Below, piece by piece: positions 1 to 8,334 of a stretch of 24,777 nucleotides of DNA (the first letter of the stretch is position 1; each line of letters begins with the position of its first letter). The DNA lies in the NCBI GenBank assembly GCA_964574225.1, contig CAZNLZ010000001.1:1-24777 (forward strand), given 5' to 3'. The notes under the pieces are model-generated. The model was not told the DNA's origin. It worked only from the letters and a program-made list of their open reading frames with translations, and made no database searches. The stretch is from an uncultured Muribaculaceae bacterium. Lineage in GTDB: Bacteria; Cyanobacteriota; Vampirovibrionia; Gastranaerophilales; Gastranaerophilaceae. The position numbers and the translations under genes were made by a program.

Positions 1-2
1 TA

Positions 3-1142
3 CTATCCTAAAATCATAAAAATATATTTTTTAAGAAAACTTACTATTTGTTGTCCGAAAAACAAAATCATAAATGCTGCAAACAATAATGCTGGTCCAA
101 ACGGTATTGCAACAAAACCTTGTTCGTTAACTGTTTTCTTTAATCTTGAAATTGCATCTATTGCAAAGAAAATTAAAGCAACTATTAAAGCTAACACAAT
201 ATATAAATGTAATGTCACCGTATTAGATAAAATCCAATATAATGCAGCAATAACAACAAATGCAGACATTGAGAATAACAATCTATATTCTTCTTGCTTA
301 TATAAATTGATAAAGAATTGAGGAAGAATACAAACAGCTTGAACGATAATAGCCAATACTATCGCAACTAAACAATATTTCCAACCTAACAATGCTCCAA
401 CACCAGCAGCTAAATATGTATCACCTTCACCAAATGCTCTTTTATTCTTTTTTACATATTCATTAATATCAACATCTTCTTCATCTTCTGTTTGTTCTTG
501 CTCGGTTTTTTCAGCTTCTGCTTGAACTTCTTCATCGACATCTTGTTTTTGCTCTTCATCTGCTGTTATTTCAGTCGGAGCGTCTTCTTGAGATTCGCCA
601 TCTTGTTTTTTTACAAGATAATAAGACAATCTAGCAATTGCTTCCATAATAAGTGCACCGCCCAAAAGACCGACACAAACTTCAAACGCATTATTTATTC
701 CATGTTTAAACAAAACAGCATATAACACAGAGAAAGCAATAAATAACCACATATGTAGGTCAAAAACATATTCTTTTTTTAAGTCTGTAATAGTTATAAC
801 AATAGCAATACACAACAAAATTAAAACAACTAATGTTTGCCAAGTAATACCAAATGCATATACAACAGCCAAAAATAATAACGAAGTAACAGCTTCAACA
901 ATTGGATACTGAGGACTTACTTTGCAACCACAGTTTCTGCATTTACCTTTAAACGTAAATAAGTATGATAATACAGGAATATTATCGTACCATTTTATTG
1001 GCTCATTACATTCTGGGCACTTTGAAGAAGGGAATATTATTGATTCCTTTGAAATAGCTCTTAGCGCAACAACATTCAAAAAGCTACCAATACAAGCTCC
1101 AACAGCCAATATAAATAAACAAATTAAAAATATTTCACTCAT
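3..1142 (-). CDS. pilD: Type IV prepilin peptidase/N-methyltransferase (A24) with an acidic insertion and extra C-terminal TM helices
   Basis: GACIGSFLNV N-terminus, CPEC and CRNC zinc motifs, WYDNIPVLSY, catalytic Asp motifs ITDL and FGEGD, and C-terminal IPFGPAL. Confidence 0.93.
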   Translation of the reverse strand: MSEIFLICLFILAVGACIGSFLNVVALRAISKESIIFPSSKCPECNEPIKWYDNIPVLSYLFTFKGKCRNCGCKVSPQYPIVEAVTSLLFLAVVYAFGITWQTLVVLILLCIAIVITITDLKKEYVFDLHMWLFIAFSVLYAVLFKHGINNAFEVCVGLLGGALIMEAIARLSYYLVKKQDGESQEDAPTEITADEEQKQDVDEEVQAEAEKTEQEQTEDEEDVDINEYVKKNKRAFGEGDTYLAAGVGALLGWKYCLVAIVLAIIVQAVCILPQFFINLYKQEEYRLLFSMSAFVVIAALYWILSNTVTLHLYIVLALIVALIFFAIDAISRLKKTVNEQGFVAIPFGPALLFAAFMILFFGQQIVSFLKKYIFMILG

Positions 1143-1144
1143 TA

Positions 1145-1930
1145 TTATTTTCTTTCTTTTTCAGACAATATATTTAAAAGCATAGTTAATGCTTTTTTAA
1201 GACGTCTTGAAACTTGCATTTGAGATATGCCAAGTTTATTAGCAATTTGAGTTTGGCTCATATCCTCAAAATAGTTCAAAACAACAACTTCTTGTAATTT
1301 AACATCAAGTTTCTTAATTGCATCATTAATTAAAATTTTATCTTCTTGGAAAGACTCTAAATTGTAGTGATTATCATCCGCAATTTTATCAAATAAAGAT
1401 AAAGATTCGTCATTTCCTGTTGTAATAAACTGATCTAAAGAAATAGTTTGTTTACGTCTTTCAACATCAATAACTTCTTTAATTTTACCAACAGAAGTTC
1501 CAAGTTCTTCAGCCAAAACTGTTTCTGATGGTTCATTTCCTTGCTCATCTTTTAACTTTTGCATTAATTTATTAACACGATAAGCTAGCTCATAGATTTC
1601 TCTTGGAGCTTTAATCATAGAAACTTTATCACGTAAATAATGTCTGATTTCACCTGTAATAAGATATGTTGCATAAGTTTTAAAGTTTTCACTAACTTTT
1701 GGATTATATAATTGAATTGCCTTAACAAGACCAACACTACCAACTTGAATAATATCCTCAACAGGGTCGGTATTTCTTCTTGCCAAACCTCTAGCAATTT
1801 TTTTTACTAATGGCATTGCTGCAAGTGCAATTACGTTTTGAAGATGTTTTTTCTCTTTATCATCATCCGTTGCTTTATATAATTTAAGCCATTCACCTAT
1901 CTCTTCATAATTAATGGTATAATCAGCCAT
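1145..1930 (-). CDS. RNA polymerase sigma factor, SigB/SigF/SigG family (group 3)
   Basis: Region 2 DIIQVGSVGLVKAI...FKTYA...GEIRHYLRD, region 3 EPSETVLAEELG...ISLD, and region 4 MSQTQIANKLGISQMQVSR. Confidence 0.92.
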   Translation of the reverse strand: MADYTINYEEIGEWLKLYKATDDDKEKKHLQNVIALAAMPLVKKIARGLARRNTDPVEDIIQVGSVGLVKAIQLYNPKVSENFKTYATYLITGEIRHYLRDKVSMIKAPREIYELAYRVNKLMQKLKDEQGNEPSETVLAEELGTSVGKIKEVIDVERRKQTISLDQFITTGNDESLSLFDKIADDNHYNLESFQEDKILINDAIKKLDVKLQEVVVLNYFEDMSQTQIANKLGISQMQVSRRLKKALTMLLNILSEKERK

Positions 1931-1959
1931 TAAAATATCCTCTTCTTCTCTCTCTCGTT

Positions 1960-1968
1960 ATTATATCA
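1960..1968 (-). promoter_or_regulatory. Putative extended -10 promoter (TGaTATAAT) for the sigma-pilD unit
   Basis: The reverse complement of 1960-1968 is TGATATAAT, about 30 nt upstream of the ATG and followed by a GAGG RBS. Confidence 0.45.
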
Positions 1969-1975
1969 TATTTTC

Positions 1976-2371
1976 TTATATTAAATTGAAGGAATGTGGC
2001 AATAATTCATTGATTCCATACTCCAATATTTCACCATTATCGTCTTCTAATAGTATTTGAATATTTTGTCCTTGTTCAAACTCTTGTAACCATTGCCTAC
2101 AAGCACCACAAGGATAACATTTTGCAGATTTTGGTGAATAAACTGCGATTTTTAACATTTTAGACTTTTCGCCATCAGCAATTGCTGTTGAAATAGCATT
2201 TCTTTCAGCACACAATGATAGCCCATAACTTGAATTTTCTATATTGCAACCAACATAAATATTCTCGTTTTCATAAAGAACACAAGCACCAACCGGAAAC
2301 TTTGAATATGGACTATACGAATTTTTTGATACTTCTTTTGCAAATGTCATCAATTCTTCATTTGTTTTCAT
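1976..2371 (-). CDS. cdd: Cytidine deaminase (homotetrameric type)
   Basis: SYSPYSKFPVGA, GCNIEN, CAERNAI and PCGACRQ zinc motifs, and C-terminal LLPHSF. Confidence 0.96.
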   Translation of the reverse strand: MKTNEELMTFAKEVSKNSYSPYSKFPVGACVLYENENIYVGCNIENSSYGLSLCAERNAISTAIADGEKSKMLKIAVYSPKSAKCYPCGACRQWLQEFEQGQNIQILLEDDNGEILEYGINELLPHSFNLI

Positions 2372-2546
2372 AAAAGACCTACTTTCCCACTTCTATTGTA
2401 TATGCAAACGCCTCGCAAGAATATAGTGCATTTGAAGGATATAATAAGATTGTGTTTACAATAGTTAATCTATTTACCCGTAATTGCATAAATTATATTA
2501 TTATATATAGAAGGTAGATTTCTACATGGGATATTGCGGAGGAGCC

Positions 2547-3872
2547 TTGACCGAAAAGATTAGAATAGTCGGCGGACACCAATTAAAAGGTGAAGTTCAA
2601 ATAAGCGGAGCTAAAAATGCTGTTTTAAAACTTATGGCAGCAGCGCTTCTTGCAAAAGGAGAAAGCAAGATTTACAACGTACCAGAACTTACTGACGTTG
2701 TTATTATGCTTAACGTTATTGAACAATTAGGCGCAAAAACATCTTATGACAAAGAAGAAAAATCACTAACAATTGACGCTACAAACCTTACTAGCGTAAC
2801 TGCTAGCTATGAATTAGTTAGCAGAATGAGAGCTTCATTTATTGTTCTTGGAGCATTAGTTGGAAGATGTAAAGAAGCGGTTGTTGCGCTTCCTGGTGGT
2901 TGTGCTATCGGCGAAAGAAAAGTTGATTTCCACATTAGAGGTTTGGAAGCACTTGGAACATCTATTAAAATCGAAAATGGCTATGTTCACGCAAAAGCTA
3001 AAAAATTAGTTGGTAATGATATCTACCTAGACATTCCTTCTGTTGGTGCAACAGAAAATATAATGTTAGCTGGTGTTTTAGCTGAAGGTTCAACAAGAAT
3101 TCAAAACGCAGCTCAAGAACCTGAAATTATCGACTTAGCTAATTTCTTAAATGCAATGGGCGCAGATATTATCGGAGCTGGCACATCTGAAATTGTTATC
3201 AATGGTGTTAAACAAGATGATTTAAGACCAATTGAATACACAACAATCCCAGATAGAATTGAAGCTGGTACATATATGGCCGCATTTATTGCAACAAGAG
3301 GAAAAGGTATTATCAGAAATATCTTCCCTAACCATTTAACATTCTATACTTCAAAACTTTCAAAAATGGGGGCAGATATTAAGTTAATCGACCCAACTTC
3401 AATTGAAGTTAGTTGTAAAAAACGTTTAGAAGCAGTTAACATCATTACTCAACCATATCCTGGTTTCCCAACAGACTTACAGTCAATGGCTATGGCTTTA
3501 GCAACTGTTGCAGATGGTGTAAGTATTATTACTGAAAGCTTATATGAAAACAGATTTATGCAAGTCCCAGAATTAAGGAAGATGGGCGCAGATATTCATC
3601 AAGAAAGAAATCACTCTTTAGTTAAGGGCGTAAAAAATCTAACTAGTGCAAATCTTCGTGCAAGCGACTTAAGAGCCGGTGCTTCTTTAGTTGTGGCAGC
3701 ATTAATGGCTGACGGCGTTAGCACAATCGATAACATATATCATATAGATAGAGGTTACGAACTTTTAGAAAATAAGTTTAAATTAATAGGAGCTGATATC
3801 TCAAGATATACCGAAGACGATAACTCAATTATTAACCAAAATAAAGGAAATTTAAGTGAGTCACAATTATAA
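2547..3872 (+). CDS. murA: UDP-N-acetylglucosamine 1-carboxyvinyltransferase
   Basis: GAKNA, LPGGCAIG (active-site Cys), SVGATEN, PDRIEAGT, GFPTDLQ, DLRAGA and HIDRGYE motifs. The start is moved from ATG 2526 to the in-frame TTG 2547, which follows GGAGGAG (2538-2544) and matches the usual MurA N-terminus. Confidence 0.97.
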   Translation: MTEKIRIVGGHQLKGEVQISGAKNAVLKLMAAALLAKGESKIYNVPELTDVVIMLNVIEQLGAKTSYDKEEKSLTIDATNLTSVTASYELVSRMRASFIVLGALVGRCKEAVVALPGGCAIGERKVDFHIRGLEALGTSIKIENGYVHAKAKKLVGNDIYLDIPSVGATENIMLAGVLAEGSTRIQNAAQEPEIIDLANFLNAMGADIIGAGTSEIVINGVKQDDLRPIEYTTIPDRIEAGTYMAAFIATRGKGIIRNIFPNHLTFYTSKLSKMGADIKLIDPTSIEVSCKKRLEAVNIITQPYPGFPTDLQSMAMALATVADGVSIITESLYENRFMQVPELRKMGADIHQERNHSLVKGVKNLTSANLRASDLRAGASLVVAALMADGVSTIDNIYHIDRGYELLENKFKLIGADISRYTEDDNSIINQNKGNLSESQL

Positions 3873-4182
3873 AAGATGGTACGATCACGATCCGGTTTTG
3901 TTAGAAGTAATTAATCTTTTACAAAATTACCAAACAGAATTAAAAGCACAAGCAGAAATCTTCTTACAAGAAATAGAAAAGAAGGTTTCAAAAGAAGCTA
4001 TTGATAAATTCTATGAAATGGTAAGACCAAAAGTTTGTAATCGTTGGTATGATAAAGACCCTGTAATTTCAAGAACTGTTGAACTTTTAAGAGTTGTTCC
4101 ACCTGATGTGCAAAAAGCAACTGCTCAAAGCTTTTTAAAAGCACTTGAGGATATGGGCGTTTATAAGAAAGAAAATGTTTAA
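3856..4182 (+). CDS. Hypothetical protein with two RWYDxDP repeats
   Basis: GTG start after an AAAGGA RBS, overlapping the murA end by 17 nt. KRWYDHDPVL and NRWYDKDPVI repeats. Confidence 0.8.
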   Translation: MSHNYKRWYDHDPVLLEVINLLQNYQTELKAQAEIFLQEIEKKVSKEAIDKFYEMVRPKVCNRWYDKDPVISRTVELLRVVPPDVQKATAQSFLKALEDMGVYKKENV

Positions 4183-5340
4183 CTAATCTAAAATTTCACC
4201 TGTTACAACATTTACTCTTACTGGCTTATATAGTTTAACATATATAATTTGACCGTCTTTTACTTTAAATTCACGGCCTTTTATAATTTTCTTTCCGAAT
4301 TTTTTAACCTTATTTGCTTCAACATTTTCTGTTTCACATTGTGCAACTGCAACTATTTTTGTAAGCAAATCATTATTATTAGCAGCAGAAAACTCCATAA
4401 TCATTTCTCCGTTGCGAACAAAATTTTTGCTTCTTGTTGTATCTAAAATTTTCCCTATTAAAATAATATCTTTTGATAAAAGAAGATAATGTTCATAAGA
4501 AACAATATTGCTTACAAACTTAGCTTGGAACATTTGTCCGGCAACAGATTCATCAGAACTAACTTGTCCTAAGATTGTAATTGGCAATACAGTTTGTGCC
4601 GGCAGTGTAACGACATCACCATCATACAAAACATTTTCAATTACAATACCCTCAGCCGTTTTTGGCGTTGTAGCTTGAACATGTTTTTCATAAACATATT
4701 CATCTGTTTCACGCTTTAAATTTGCCAAAAACACAGCCATTTGCGCCCTTGTAACATATCTATCATAATCAAGATAATTCTCTCTTGGTGGCTCTTTTGC
4801 AATAACATCAATCACTTCTGCTTTGCCTGCTGTAACCTTAAACCAATCTGGAATATCATCAAAATCTAAATAAGCATTTTGAAGTGCAGTTATAGCTTCT
4901 TTTTTTGTAATATCTTCTGTTCTTAAAATATTAACTAAAAAAGTGATAATTTCACTTCTTGTAACATAATCATTAGGATAAAAACATCCATCATCCGCTG
5001 GTTCTAAAATATCCAAGTTTACTGCACGAATTATAGAATCCCAAGCCCAGAAAGAATTATCAATATCCTCAAAAGAATACATTTTTTCAACAGGAATATT
5101 TTCTTGCCCCAAAACTTTTATTACCATTGCCGCATATTCTGCCCTCGTTACAAGGTTATTCGGCAAAAATTGATTATCAGGATATCCACTAATAAATTTC
5201 TCATCAGTTAGCGTATCAATTTCTTTATATGCCCAAAAACCTTGTGGAACATCAACAAAATCCATAGCAAATGCAGAATTCATACTAGTCAATGAAAACA
5301 ATATTGATAACAAAAAGTTTAGTTTAAATGTTTTTTTCAT
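4183..5340 (-). CDS. Secreted S-layer homology (SLH) domain protein with a C-terminal beta-rich domain
   Basis: Signal peptide ending AFA, then three SLH repeats: FVDV..WAY...TRAE, FEDI..WAW...TRSE and FDDIPDW...TRAQ. Confidence 0.88.
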   Translation of the reverse strand: MKKTFKLNFLLSILFSLTSMNSAFAMDFVDVPQGFWAYKEIDTLTDEKFISGYPDNQFLPNNLVTRAEYAAMVIKVLGQENIPVEKMYSFEDIDNSFWAWDSIIRAVNLDILEPADDGCFYPNDYVTRSEIITFLVNILRTEDITKKEAITALQNAYLDFDDIPDWFKVTAGKAEVIDVIAKEPPRENYLDYDRYVTRAQMAVFLANLKRETDEYVYEKHVQATTPKTAEGIVIENVLYDGDVVTLPAQTVLPITILGQVSSDESVAGQMFQAKFVSNIVSYEHYLLLSKDIILIGKILDTTRSKNFVRNGEMIMEFSAANNNDLLTKIVAVAQCETENVEANKVKKFGKKIIKGREFKVKDGQIIYVKLYKPVRVNVVTGEILD

Positions 5341-5462
5341 TAGATAATTTCTTCCTCTTGATTATATTTTAACAGATTATTACGAAAATCAAAAAACTTT
5401 ATTTGTTTTAGCAATTTATCTTTTGAGGAGTTTTATAAAAAACATAAAAAGGAGAAATAAAA

Positions 5463-5759
5463 ATGCAAATTAATTCAATTTCAATGGCAGCTATGAATAA
5501 AAACATTGGATTCAAAGCAGCTGAAACAGAACAACCAAAACCATTAGTAGAAATACCAGATGACATGCCAGATGAGCAAGTTGTTCAATATAGCACATGG
5601 GGTGGCAATTACGCATATCCTGTAACTGCTGGTGATATCAGAAGAATACAAGCAGAAAAAGCATATGCAGAAACAGCAAAACCTGCTGTTGATATGCAAC
5701 AAGAAACTCCAGAAGAATATTATGCTAGAAAAATTAACAGCGTAGAATGGATGTTATAA
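5463..5759 (+). CDS. Hypothetical protein with the N-terminal leader (MQINS...IGFKA)
   Basis: Strong AAGGAG RBS, open frame, followed by a terminator. Confidence 0.8.
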   Translation: MQINSISMAAMNKNIGFKAAETEQPKPLVEIPDDMPDEQVVQYSTWGGNYAYPVTAGDIRRIQAEKAYAETAKPAVDMQQETPEEYYARKINSVEWML

Positions 5760-5785
5760 TAAGTTTTTAAACATAATCCAAATAC

Positions 5786-5816
5786 AAAAAATCCGATTTT
5801 AAAAATCGGATTTTTT
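5786..5816. terminator. Bidirectional intrinsic terminator
   Basis: Near-perfect palindrome AAAAAATCCGATTTT-A-AAAATCGGATTTTTT between convergent genes. Confidence 0.85.
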
Positions 5817-6171
5817 ATTTATCATTATTTTCTTGTTCTTCTTGTTCAATAGCCTGAACTCTTTTTGTAGAACTTGATTTTATCTTTTCTGCATAATCTT
5901 CATCGTCTAAAAGAGGATTTCTTCTTTTATTTTGAAGAACAGAAACAACATTTAAAAGAGCAAGCGAATTAAGTGACGCACGAAGTTGCATACTTCTGTC
6001 AACAAAACCGTGGCGACCATCTTGTTGTTCTTCGCCTTCTTGCATAAAATATTCAGTTCCTTGACTCGCACGGTCATCAGAGGTTTTAGCTGCTGTACCT
6101 GAGATATCTCCACTTTTAAAGTTGATACCTCCGCCAATGCCTAAAATGCCGGCTGACCTATTGTCAACCAC
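5815..6171 (-). CDS. Hypothetical protein (leader ...GINFKSG)
   Basis: GTG start with GGAGAG RBS, own sigma70-like promoter, and ends at the terminator. Confidence 0.75.
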   Translation of the reverse strand: MVDNRSAGILGIGGGINFKSGDISGTAAKTSDDRASQGTEYFMQEGEEQQDGRHGFVDRSMQLRASLNSLALLNVVSVLQNKRRNPLLDDEDYAEKIKSSSTKRVQAIEQEEQENNDK

Positions 6172-6205
6172 TTACTTACTCTCCATATCTTTAGACGGTG
6201 TTGAT

Positions 6206-6234
6206 ATTATATATCATTTTCGAGTTTTTCACAA
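6206..6234 (-). promoter_or_regulatory. Sigma70-type promoter TTGTGA-N17-TATAAT
   Basis: The minus strand reads TTGTGA aaaactcgaaaatgata TATAAT, 35 nt upstream of the GTG at 6171. Confidence 0.6.
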
Positions 6235-6308
6235 CTCGACATGAGTACAAAACATAAACTGAATTTTTTTTGCTGATTTGTATATATTTTTTTAATTTTT
6301 TTTAAAAA

Positions 6309-8030
6309 TTACATTAAACCTTTAAAAATTTGAGGTACATCTTTTTGTACTGCTGAAAAATCGTATTGAGCTCTTCTTGCCATTTCTTCTTGTTTTTTAG
6401 CTTCTGCTACTTTTTTCTCTGTAACTGAACGATTGTATCTTGGAAGTAAAATACCAAGCATTACAATAGAAAAGGCAATATCAGCCACACGACAAATATT
6501 TCTCAAATTACGAGTTTTAATATTTGCAACTTCTGAAGCACCTTTTAATTCTGTCTTCTTAATCCAATTGCCAAATTGTTTTGCTCTAAATCCAATTTGA
6601 GAACCAACTTTCTTTAATGTAGAAGCATTTGGATCGAGCTGTGGTTTTGGAACTGTTGCTAATCTATTTAATAATGTAACTTCACCACCAAAGAATTCTT
6701 TACCTTTTTTAGTTCTAGATAATGCTTCAATACCAGATGCTACACCTTTTTTAACGTAGTCACCTAAGAAATATAAACCAGTAAATGAAGCTACGTCTCT
6801 AACAACTGATTCACGAAGCTCGTTTTCATCTTCTGCGGCTAACATTCTTGATGCAAATGTAGAAGAAGCAATCCAACGGCATTGATCTAAAGTTGGGAAG
6901 ATATTTGAAAACTCAAACATTCCCCAAGATGGTTTTTTCATCATAGAAGCAAATGCCATTCCAACCATACCAGCTGCTGCTGCCATTTTTTTAGCTTTAA
7001 ATGACCTTTTCTCTTCTTCTGTCATTTTTTTATTAGTATCTTTTTTACCAAAATCTTTGTATATTGGTGCACCTTCTGCATTAAATTGTTTTCTTGTAAT
7101 AGCTCTGTTAATTTTTTGAACACTAACAGCCAAGCCCATTACAAGTAAAAGACCAAGCGCACTTTTTGCTTTAACATGTCCTTTTAGAGAATCTGAATAT
7201 TTATCAACAGCACCAGTAACTTGTGTTGCAAATTCAGGTGTTATGGCTTTGTCACGAGCTTTTTTACCAGCAGTAACAAGTGCGGATTTTTTCACTGAAT
7301 TAAATTGTGCACCCATATCGGCAATATCACGTAATGTTTCTCCAAGATTTGCTTGTGGTTGACCATTAAATTTTAATATATTTTCTGCTTTTGTAAGTCC
7401 AGCTAATTTTTCTTGAGCAGAAGCTAACAACTGTTTACGTTCTTTTGGCGATTTTGAAATTGATTTAGTTACAAGACCAACAGCTTCTTTGAATGCAGGT
7501 TCATTAGAATATTTAGCATAGCTAACCCATTCAGAACCATTCAAACCTTCAAGCGCTTTTAACGACTCAGCAACATAAGCACATGTTTTATTTTTTGCAG
7601 GAGAAGCTTGAGCTTTATTATATACATCTCGTAATCTATCAATTACTGCACCATTTGCCCATGAGCCAGACACATTTTTTCCAGCCAATTCTGGTGCTTT
7701 CGGTAATACTTTAGAAACACCTTGAACAATAAATCCAGGTATTAAACAGTTAACAATTAAACCAGAGAACTCTCTTCTCATTGTTTCTAATGCTGCAGCA
7801 AGACCAGTTTTTAAATCAACCAATGTTCTTGGAATATCAGTCGCAACAGAGTCAACAAACGCAACCTGAATCATAGCATTTTTATCTAAAAGCTTGAAAC
7901 CTCTATCAAGCATGTTAAACGCCATATCAACACCAGCACCTTTAAAATTTTGAGGAGCTGTGTTTTTATTGTTATTTTGTTTCTGTATATTTGTCGCAGA
8001 ATTGTATCTACCTGCTGCGTTTATTTTCAC
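6309..8030 (-). CDS. Hypothetical basic membrane-associated protein with leader (MKIN...QNFKG) and an apparent internal duplication
   Basis: 573-aa ORF with a GTG start and several hydrophobic segments, e.g. ALGLLLVMGLAVSV and IAFSIVMLGILLP. Confidence 0.82.
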   Translation of the reverse strand: MKINAAGRYNSATNIQKQNNNKNTAPQNFKGAGVDMAFNMLDRGFKLLDKNAMIQVAFVDSVATDIPRTLVDLKTGLAAALETMRREFSGLIVNCLIPGFIVQGVSKVLPKAPELAGKNVSGSWANGAVIDRLRDVYNKAQASPAKNKTCAYVAESLKALEGLNGSEWVSYAKYSNEPAFKEAVGLVTKSISKSPKERKQLLASAQEKLAGLTKAENILKFNGQPQANLGETLRDIADMGAQFNSVKKSALVTAGKKARDKAITPEFATQVTGAVDKYSDSLKGHVKAKSALGLLLVMGLAVSVQKINRAITRKQFNAEGAPIYKDFGKKDTNKKMTEEEKRSFKAKKMAAAAGMVGMAFASMMKKPSWGMFEFSNIFPTLDQCRWIASSTFASRMLAAEDENELRESVVRDVASFTGLYFLGDYVKKGVASGIEALSRTKKGKEFFGGEVTLLNRLATVPKPQLDPNASTLKKVGSQIGFRAKQFGNWIKKTELKGASEVANIKTRNLRNICRVADIAFSIVMLGILLPRYNRSVTEKKVAEAKKQEEMARRAQYDFSAVQKDVPQIFKGLM

Positions 8031-8334
8031 TTTATTTACTTACCTTTTTAAACATGCTTGCTTTAGCCATAATACCAAGTTAATATCCAAAAACAATTTT
8101 TTTTGCTATTTGATTTGATATTTTTACGCAAGTTGTAATCATTTTTTTGCATTTTTTGCATATTTTTGATGCATTTTTCGTTAAAAGACATCATTTTTTG
8201 CAAAAAACACTCATTTTTTATACAAAATGCCATTTTTTCACCCTAAAAAACCCAACTTTACAAATTTTAATCATGACTAACAAAAATACCATGCTTTTTG
8301 GTTTGATATTTATAGGTAGCCAAACGAGACAAGT

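Noticed and set aside
2526..2546. ATG start for murA at 2526
   Set aside because: The RBS GGAGGAG lies inside this extension and points to TTG 2547.
5411..5424. GCAAYTTATSTTTT shared with 22485-22498 as a common promoter motif for leader genes
   Set aside because: Only two copies at different distances from the start codons, not seen upstream of the other leader genes, and plausible by chance in AT-rich DNA.
5463..5530. Leader motif as a type IV prepilin (G|F) cleavage site for PilD
   Set aside because: No hydrophobic helix or Glu+5 pilin pattern follows, and most leaders lack Gly before the Phe.
8140..8238. CRISPR-like or iteron array
   Set aside because: The units are only about 7 nt of low complexity, and there are no proper spacers, cas genes or rep gene.
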